Source: Bacteroidaceae bacterium (GTDB lineage Bacteria > Bacteroidota > Bacteroidia > Bacteroidales > Bacteroidaceae). From it: DNA of 64,000 bases. This document shows positions 58,220 to 64,000 of the stretch, one piece after another (the stretch's first letter is position 1; each line of letters begins with the position of its first letter). The notes under the pieces are model-generated. The model saw only the letters and a program-made list of their open reading frames with translations, ran no database searches and had not been told where the DNA came from. The stretch is from NCBI GenBank assembly GCA_045594245.1, contig JAZNYG010000015.1, forward strand, positions 29,252-93,251. The letters are read 5' to 3'. A program made the translations under genes and the position numbers.

Positions 58220-58295
58220 GGGGAGATAATTATGAATTAGGAATTATTACTGGCTGAATTAAGGGCCATGCGTGGAGTTGAATTGAATAGTTGAA

Positions 58296-58485
58296 ATTGC
58301 ACTCGGCTTGCCGCCTAACTGTCCCTCTGTTTATAGAGGGACGAGCGTAATGAAATGGAGCGGAGGGAGTTACAAGCGTAGCGCGTAGAAACAGTATCTT
58401 GAAACTAAGAACACTCCGCGCTTCGCTTGGAACGCCCCCGCCCTTCGGGCACCCCCTCTATAAACAGAGGGGGAGTTTGTGCAAT
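58296..58485. repeat. MITE-like element with paired hairpin ends
   Basis: attgcac (58296) pairs with gtgcaat (58479). ccctctgtttatagaggg (58323-58340) is the exact reverse complement of ccctctataaacagaggg (58454-58471). Confidence 0.65.
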
Positions 58486-58496
58486 GACACGCATGA

Positions 58497-59186
58497 TTAC
58501 TTCTCCTCAATCACTTCAGCCTCTTCTATAGGATTGACCTTAGGTTCACGCTTTACATTTCTACGTCTCCCTTGAAAAAGATAAGGCCCTGTTACTGTAG
58601 CTACAGTACGGATGAAGAGGCGGAGCAAACCTAAACCAGCAAGAGTCATTCCTGCAAAACTTAGGAGATCATCTGGTCCACCGCGTAATGCTCTAGCCCC
58701 GACAAACAGACCTATACCAAGTCCCAGCAATGTAGCATCGCCTATGAACCGTTCCTTCTCTGTCTTCTTCGGCCTCATCAGTGCCTCGATAGCCTCCTTA
58801 CTGATAGGTTCGGTAGAGTTCAGCAGGTTGTTGTCGATGAGTTTGTTGATAAGTTCCTTGTGGTCTTCAGCCTTGCGGCGTGAATTCTTCATTGCTATAT
58901 ATACGATACCAAGGATAGCGCAGGATACAATTAGCAATATAATGATATTGGGCAGATTGCCACGCATAGTACTAAACTTCTTGTCCGCAATACGCGCCAT
59001 CTCTTCTTGATGGGCATACAACTGCGTCAGTCGTGCTCTTTCTACCGAGTCCGTGTATTGTCGAAGTTGCATTTCGCGTTCAAACTTTTGTTCTACATCC
59101 TTTTCATATGGTTTCTCTTGCGCCATTCCCATCACCGGCATCAATGCCACCGCTGCCAATAGCAGCACTTTGAAAAACTTTTTCAT
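58497..59186 (-). CDS. Hypothetical envelope protein (signal peptide, coiled coil, TM segments)
   Basis: The ATG at 59186 gives MKKFFKVLLLAAVALMPVMGMAQ. The longer track ORF (59246) starts at a TTG inside the conserved 46-bp motif. Confidence 0.5.
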   Translation of the reverse strand: MKKFFKVLLLAAVALMPVMGMAQEKPYEKDVEQKFEREMQLRQYTDSVERARLTQLYAHQEEMARIADKKFSTMRGNLPNIIILLIVSCAILGIVYIAMKNSRRKAEDHKELINKLIDNNLLNSTEPISKEAIEALMRPKKTEKERFIGDATLLGLGIGLFVGARALRGGPDDLLSFAGMTLAGLGLLRLFIRTVATVTGPYLFQGRRRNVKREPKVNPIEEAEVIEEK

Positions 59187-59230
59187 ATCGTTCGTTGTTT
59201 TAGTTTGTTTATTCATTTTGTTCGCCTTTG

Positions 59231-59276
59231 TTGGTGTCACCGTCAATTAGACAACACGACTTGCCAAAAGGTTACA
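59231..59276 (-). promoter_or_regulatory. Conserved 46-bp promoter/leader motif, copy A (upstream of the envelope protein-ECF sigma unit)
   Basis: 43 of 46 nt are identical to 62552-62597. On the coding strand it reads TGTAAC-N17-TGTCTAAT-TGACGGTGACACCAA. Confidence 0.6.
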
Positions 59277-59396
59277 GCAAAGGTGAAAAAAATGAGCGAG
59301 AAATATAGATTTTTTTTCAATATTTTTCACAGCGAATGCTGAACATCTTCGCGATTTATCGCAACGGTAAACTTTTTCCCTTGTTTTTTATACAGT

Positions 59397-59456
59397 AAAG
59401 CCTATAAAACCTTCGGAGTATGTCTACACCTATTCTCCGAATATTTTATAGGCTTT
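59397..59456 (-). terminator. Long hairpin downstream of the GHKL/STAS cassette
   Basis: 13-bp arms aaagcctataaaa/ttttataggcttt plus an inner 7-bp stem ttcggag/ctccgaa. No clear U-tail. Confidence 0.4.
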
Positions 59457-59479
59457 CTGATTGTATGGGGCTATTGAGA

Positions 59480-59833
59480 TTATAGCATTAACGAGCCAAG
59501 AACTCGTTGAACATCTGCAAAAGTCTTGCATTTTACAACTGTCGCATCTAATTGTATATCTTTTTCTTTATGCTGAGTGCGTTGGACAGCTTCAAAGATA
59601 TATTGAATATCTTCAGGGATGTTTATGGTTTCAATCTTGATTCCGTTTTGGCTTTTCATGATTGCATTGTAGTACTCATCGATAAAGCTTCTCGTCGCAA
59701 ACTTGACGTTGGCGAAGTCAACAACAGCTGATTCACATCCCATATTCTTGATATAAAGAAGTAAATCGCTGACTGCATATCTCGATTTTAGGTCTTGACT
59801 TAATATCGTTGTTATGTCAATGGTTGTTTTCAT
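59480..59833 (-). CDS. STAS-like domain protein (DUF4325 type)
   Basis: 117 aa. The signature AVVDFANVKFATRSFIDEYY is as I recall it for DUF4325. Lies 18 nt downstream of the GHKL ATPase gene. Confidence 0.65.
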   Translation of the reverse strand: MKTTIDITTILSQDLKSRYAVSDLLLYIKNMGCESAVVDFANVKFATRSFIDEYYNAIMKSQNGIKIETINIPEDIQYIFEAVQRTQHKEKDIQLDATVVKCKTFADVQRVLGSLML

Positions 59834-59851
59834 GCTGCAAATTTAGTAATT

Positions 59852-60742
59852 TTACTCGATATAGTGGATATAGTGGAAGTCCTTATTTATGTAAGGTACT
59901 CTAAGTGCGACTACTGTACCATCCCATCTAATATTTGTTGGAGTTTCAATGAACCGCCTATATTCAGAATTGTACAGATGTAGTGCATTGCCTGACAGCA
60001 TAATGAAACTTCCACTCAATCCCTCTACAAGCATCTTCTTCGATGTGATAATACCATAACCTCTATTCTCCGCATTCGGAAGGTTTTTTGTTGATATGCC
60101 TCTGTTGGCTGCTTGAATTGCCTCAAGGTCACTTTCTATTTCATTGTTGGGAAGGGTTTTGTAACTGCCTAATAGGGTGATTCCGTTGTCTGCAATGCAA
60201 ATGTCCAAGAAGCCTTTTTGTGGAAAAGATTGAGCAAATATATAGCCTCGTTCCGACTGTGCATGCTGAATGATGTTGTCAATTGATTCTCCAAGCATGT
60301 ACTTTAGCCCTGTCAATACATTTGAAGTTAATTCCAGCTGTCTCGATATTATAGATTCAATAGTTGATAATATCGCATCCTTTTCATCATCGCTGTCTTT
60401 TGTAGCAGGAAAACTTACTATAGGTATGTATGTCTCTTGTGAATATCTTTCCATAATAGCAAGGAACTCGCTCTTACGCATTCTGTCAGGACGCATTCCG
60501 TCGGCGAATTCGATTTTTTGGAGATATTCTTTCAGATTGACAATGGTAATGTCTTTGTCACAGCTGTTAAGGAATGCTACCAAAGGCAGTACGTAAGATG
60601 GCGTGACAAACTCGATCTCTGAAAAATCAAGCGTAATACTCTTGTCGGCTGCTTCATTAATCAGATTGATAGCGTTCATTGCAGCCACGAGCCCATCTGA
60701 CATAAGGTCATCTCTAATATCTGCCTTTAATTTGATTTCCAT
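59852..60742 (-). CDS. GHKL (HATPase_c) ATPase / RsbW-SpoIIAB-like kinase with an N-terminal STAS-like domain
   Basis: Bergerat-fold boxes LGESIDNIIQHA (N), ICIADNGITLLG (G1), NRGYGI (G2) and GTVVALRVP. The N-terminal ITLDFSEIEFVTPSYVLPL is STAS/DUF4325-like. Confidence 0.7.
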   Translation of the reverse strand: MEIKLKADIRDDLMSDGLVAAMNAINLINEAADKSITLDFSEIEFVTPSYVLPLVAFLNSCDKDITIVNLKEYLQKIEFADGMRPDRMRKSEFLAIMERYSQETYIPIVSFPATKDSDDEKDAILSTIESIISRQLELTSNVLTGLKYMLGESIDNIIQHAQSERGYIFAQSFPQKGFLDICIADNGITLLGSYKTLPNNEIESDLEAIQAANRGISTKNLPNAENRGYGIITSKKMLVEGLSGSFIMLSGNALHLYNSEYRRFIETPTNIRWDGTVVALRVPYINKDFHYIHYIE

Positions 60743-60769
60743 TTTGCATTCTAAACAAACCTATCCTAT

Positions 60770-60777
60770 GCAAAGTT
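60770..60777 (-). promoter_or_regulatory. -7 box TAACTTTG (GHKL/STAS cassette)
   Basis: Reverse complement of caaagtta, 28 nt upstream of the ATG at 60742. Confidence 0.5.
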
Positions 60778-60872
60778 ACGTATTTTCTTATATATAAAAA
60801 ATAAATAATGTTTTTTCTTGCCTAATATATTGTTCCCTATATTTCTTAGTTACCCTCCCATAGCGAAATATC

Positions 60873-62525
60873 CTATTTCCTTCGAGCTAGCTTCAAGGCT
60901 TTCTCCATAGCCATGGCTTGTGGCACTTGGTAGTCGGGGATTGCGCCGTGTATATTCTTCTCATCGGCACCATATTGCCAGAGGCGCTTGTATGAGATGC
61001 TACAAACGAGTCCTGATACAGGCAACTTGTAGGGAAGGATGTCGCCGAAGCAGACGTTCATCCCTCCTGTCTCTTCGCCTACAATTGTACCCATGCCGAA
61101 TGCCTTGAAAGCCCAAGCGAAGGAACCTGCCGAGGAGAACGTCTGGTGCGATGTGAGCAGGTATACATTGCCTGTAAAACGGCCCTCCTCAGGAGTCAAC
61201 GGGAGGGTGAGGTCTTGGGAGTTGTCGTAATGATAGAGGCCGGGGTGTCTATCTTTAATCTTGGCCAAACGACGCGTGGTAGGGGTGATGCGCACGAATG
61301 CCTTGCTCATCTGCTTAAACGGGACGGGTGATATGTACCTAAACAGTTCGTCACCTACGGCAGAGTTGCCTCCTCCATTCTTGCGGATGTCAATGATGAG
61401 ATTGCCGATGCCCTCGTGGCGCATACATGTAAACATAGAATCGGCAAAGGCACGCATCTTGCCAGGATTATTAAATCTACGGAAGTCCATAATTGCCACA
61501 TTCTGCTTTTTGTCTATCGTGAAAGAATAGTCTTCAGTCTTTTGTTTCTGTTGTTTCTGATATGGCAATCGCTTTGAGATTTCCTCATACTTAGCGGGCA
61601 GGAGAGTTACCGTCTTTCGTTTTTTGCTCTCAGATTCCCGATATTCCACCTTGTAACTGTCGGCCGCGTAGAGCAGTTCGAAGAGCGCAGTAAAGCCTTC
61701 GTTCACTCGTGCCAGACGGAAGAAATAACGCTCACCACTGACATACTGCATCATGTGCTCAAGCATCGTGCGGCTATCCACACCATTTATCGATAGTATC
61801 TTTGAGCCGCGTGGTATGATGCTGTCGATACAGGCTTTTGTAGTGATATTGTAGTTGTGCAGGTCGATATCGACAAAAAGCGGCAGACGGAGAAGTTCTT
61901 TAGTAAAGAGGTCATTGAGCGGAAAACCGAGGTTGCTGTGCCCATCGCCCAACATAGCAACAAGAGGGGCGACCTCCTTGTAGAGCTGTACGCGATTGAG
62001 CGAATCGGGCAGATTGTTCTTCACGCGGTTCACGGCTTCCATAAATTCTGCCTGTCCACATTCGTAAAACATGTTTGGATGCACCTCGCTGAATGTGTAT
62101 ACCAAGGCATCAATGTCAAACTCTGCCTGTTTACGGCTGAACATGCCCGATGGACTTCGTCTGCAGAAATCTTCCGCAGGTTCTTCGAGCGGATTGTCGG
62201 TAATCCATTTTATACGCGTGTAGGCCGTGTCACATCCGTTCTGCAAGATGATAAAGTCATACACTCCTCCCCGTTCGATGTTAAAGGCTAGCGTATCACG
62301 CTTCTCGTTCATAAAGAAGAGTTTCTTTGCCGATGTTTCATATATGTCGGGCCGAATCTTGGGGTTTATTATCCACCATCCTGTCGGCTTTCCTGCTCCG
62401 TCTTCAAAGATGGGCAATGCCTTCTCGCTTGTTCTGATTATTGGAAGCGCAGTTCTCTTCTCGTCTTGTTGTGCCACTCCAGCCAAAGGAAGAATTATGG
62501 CAATTGTCAAGAGTATTTTTTTCAT
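60873..62525 (-). CDS. S41 family (tail-specific/C-terminal processing type) peptidase
   Basis: The ATG at 62525 gives the signal peptide MKKILLTIAIILPLAGVAQQ. Motifs IIDIRKNGGGNS and TFSSAGSFAWAFK...IVGEETGG. Confidence 0.8.
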   Translation of the reverse strand: MKKILLTIAIILPLAGVAQQDEKRTALPIIRTSEKALPIFEDGAGKPTGWWIINPKIRPDIYETSAKKLFFMNEKRDTLAFNIERGGVYDFIILQNGCDTAYTRIKWITDNPLEEPAEDFCRRSPSGMFSRKQAEFDIDALVYTFSEVHPNMFYECGQAEFMEAVNRVKNNLPDSLNRVQLYKEVAPLVAMLGDGHSNLGFPLNDLFTKELLRLPLFVDIDLHNYNITTKACIDSIIPRGSKILSINGVDSRTMLEHMMQYVSGERYFFRLARVNEGFTALFELLYAADSYKVEYRESESKKRKTVTLLPAKYEEISKRLPYQKQQKQKTEDYSFTIDKKQNVAIMDFRRFNNPGKMRAFADSMFTCMRHEGIGNLIIDIRKNGGGNSAVGDELFRYISPVPFKQMSKAFVRITPTTRRLAKIKDRHPGLYHYDNSQDLTLPLTPEEGRFTGNVYLLTSHQTFSSAGSFAWAFKAFGMGTIVGEETGGMNVCFGDILPYKLPVSGLVCSISYKRLWQYGADEKNIHGAIPDYQVPQAMAMEKALKLARRK

Positions 62526-62551
62526 ATGTGTCATGTCTATTTGTTTGTACC

Positions 62552-62597
62552 TTGGTGTCACCGTCAATTAGACAACCTAACTTGCCAAAAGGTTACA
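62552..62597 (-). promoter_or_regulatory. Conserved 46-bp promoter/leader motif, copy B (upstream of the S41 peptidase)
   Basis: Same motif as 59231-59276. It ends 27 nt upstream of the S41 ATG. Confidence 0.6.
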
Positions 62598-62625
62598 CGA
62601 AGGTAAACTTTTTTCTTCACACAAG

Positions 62626-64000
62626 CTATTTTTTCTTCGGTTGTTTATTAAATTTATACTGTACGTGCAGCATAGCATATCGTGGAAGTACGTTCCGTTT
62701 TACTTCAGTGCGTCCCTGTGCATTGATAGAGTAGGTTATGTTGCTGAGGCTGCCCAGCAGGTCATAGCCATCGAGCATAAATACCAGATTGCCTTTCATG
62801 ATGCTCTTCGTCAGGCGGGCGTTCCATACGAACTGGTCGGTGTTGAACATCTCGTCGTTGTATCCACGGCGTGTGTAGACAGTAAAGTCTGTGGTGAGCC
62901 CTATCTTATAGGGGAGTGTCATAGTGGACGAGACTCCATAATCTACGTCAAAGATATTGAGCGTAGCGAAGCCGTCTCGTTTGCTGCTTACGTTACTCCA
63001 CTTTCCATTGGCTTTCAGCTTTATGTTATACATCTCGCGTTTGTACTCCAATGATAGCTTTTCCTGCATTGCCATCGTGTGTACAATGCTTTGCTCCAAT
63101 CGGTTCATTGCGGTAGTACCTACAAGGTCGACGCTTTGCCTGAATGTTCCCTGTGTCGTAGAGGTGAATATGGTGCGTCTGTTCTTTCCGAGCATAGCCA
63201 TGAATCCGTAGCCTGCATCGCTGCTCCAGTTCCCGTTGACATTATAGGTCTTGCTGGTGCGCACGCCGGTTTCCCTGTCATACATATTGGATACGGCAAA
63301 TGCGTTGCTTGTTGACTTGTAGTCAAACTGCGCACTGTGTACCATTCCCTTTTCGTGCAACTGTTTCGAACCAACGATTCGTACGGTATGTGTATATGCA
63401 TTCTTCAAATCACTATTTCCTACCTTGATGTTCAAGGGGTCGGTGTCATCATACATGTCTACCATATTTATCAAATCGGGTAATGAAGAATGTATATTAT
63501 ATGAGGCAAATACATTGTATTTCTCATCCAAGCTCTCCCAAGTAAGATAGCTGCCACTGATACCGAACAACGTAGTGCGATGATGGATGAGCGTATCTAT
63601 CTCTCCTCGATTGTAGGCAAGGTTGCGGGCTGACAGGGTTATGGGGAATCGGGCATAAGCGTTCCACTTGCCTCGCTCGTTTTTCTTGAAGTATTGTAGC
63701 ATCGGCGTGATGATGTGGCTGTTGCCCACCAAATGGCTCGTATAGCTATTGCGAGGGTCGAGAGTACTTTCATACTCGCGCATTGAAGGTAGTTCGCCCA
63801 AAGACAAGGCGGCACTGTCTGTCGCATTATACAACTTGTCCAACAGGTAGAGTGAAGAATGACGTACATTATCGGAATGCTCATAGTCGTATCCTAATGT
63901 GAGATTCAACTGTTGGCTTATTCGGGTAACATAATGCACTCCCGCATTGTAAGAGAGATTATAATCGGGATGGTTGTTGAAATAGCGGTCTGAATACTGT
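62626..64000 (-). CDS. Outer-membrane beta-barrel family protein; 5' end lies outside the window
   Basis: The minus-strand frame stays open to base 64000 (I translated 63940-63999 and found no stop). Alternating beta-strand pattern. The C-terminus is ...YAMLHVQYKF plus a short basic tail. Confidence 0.6.
   Translation of the reverse strand, partial: QYSDRYFNNHPDYNLSYNAGVHYVTRISQQLNLTLGYDYEHSDNVRHSSLYLLDKLYNATDSAALSLGELPSMREYESTLDPRNSYTSHLVGNSHIITPMLQYFKKNERGKWNAYARFPITLSARNLAYNRGEIDTLIHHRTTLFGISGSYLTWESLDEKYNVFASYNIHSSLPDLINMVDMYDDTDPLNIKVGNSDLKNAYTHTVRIVGSKQLHEKGMVHSAQFDYKSTSNAFAVSNMYDRETGVRTSKTYNVNGNWSSDAGYGFMAMLGKNRRTIFTSTTQGTFRQSVDLVGTTAMNRLEQSIVHTMAMQEKLSLEYKREMYNIKLKANGKWSNVSSKRDGFATLNIFDVDYGVSSTMTLPYKIGLTTDFTVYTRRGYNDEMFNTDQFVWNARLTKSIMKGNLVFMLDGYDLLGSLSNITYSINAQGRTEVKRNVLPRYAMLHVQYKFNKQPKKK

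Noticed and set aside
57704-58240. 178-aa plus-strand ORF opposite the ECF sigma gene.
   Set aside because: The minus-strand frame has sigma-70 regions 2 and 4. The plus-strand ORF is a shadow ORF.
59187-59246. N-terminal extension MTVTP... predicted for both the envelope protein (59246) and the S41 peptidase (62567).
   Set aside because: Both extensions start at a TTG inside the conserved 46-bp non-coding motif, which is why they share MTVTP. Proper signal peptides begin at the downstream ATGs (59186, 62525).

Overview
This 64-kb chromosomal window reads as Bacteroidota/Bacteroidales, probably Prevotella-like. Nineteen genes have the Bacteroidetes -7 promoter box TAnnTTTG 20-67 nt upstream of the start codon. 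Two proteins end in T9SS C-terminal sorting domains, and many ORFs match Bacteroidetes-typical families.

Gene content in order:
- gpmI.
- A four-helix-bundle gene flanked by repeats, then a DUF3109 gene.
- Two small paralogous ORFs.
- murI.
- A minus-strand xylo-oligosaccharide operon (MFS transporter, GH43, GH10).
- The 5' two thirds of the dcw cluster, mraZ to murG, which ends abruptly after murG.
- About 27 kb of mostly housekeeping genes: S9 peptidase, dprA, ahcY, LOG, hemD, rnpA-yidD-tatD, tyrS, two T9SS cargo proteins, xerD, aroQ, rbfA, lolE-like, CDF, cobB, two FKBPs, dus.
- ftsA-ftsZ-yqeY on the opposite strand.
- GH105, nadB, rubrerythrin, acpP and rnc.
- An ECF sigma/anti-sigma locus with an S41 peptidase, an outer-membrane barrel and a very low-GC two-gene cassette (GHKL ATPase fused to a STAS-like domain, plus a DUF4325-type STAS-like protein).

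I saw no rRNA, tRNA, CRISPR, transposase or prophage genes.

The non-coding space is unusually structured:
- A GA/CT palindromic repeat family (3 copies).
- GC-hairpin MITE/REP-like elements (2-3 loci).
- A 108-nt perfect-armed hairpin inside the dcw operon.
- An MraZ-box array.
- A 46-bp promoter-like motif shared by two genes next to the ECF sigma.

The best candidate for an undescribed system is the GHKL/STAS + DUF4325 cassette at 59.5-60.8 kb.

All family assignments come from motif recognition by eye. No database search, folding or statistics were run.
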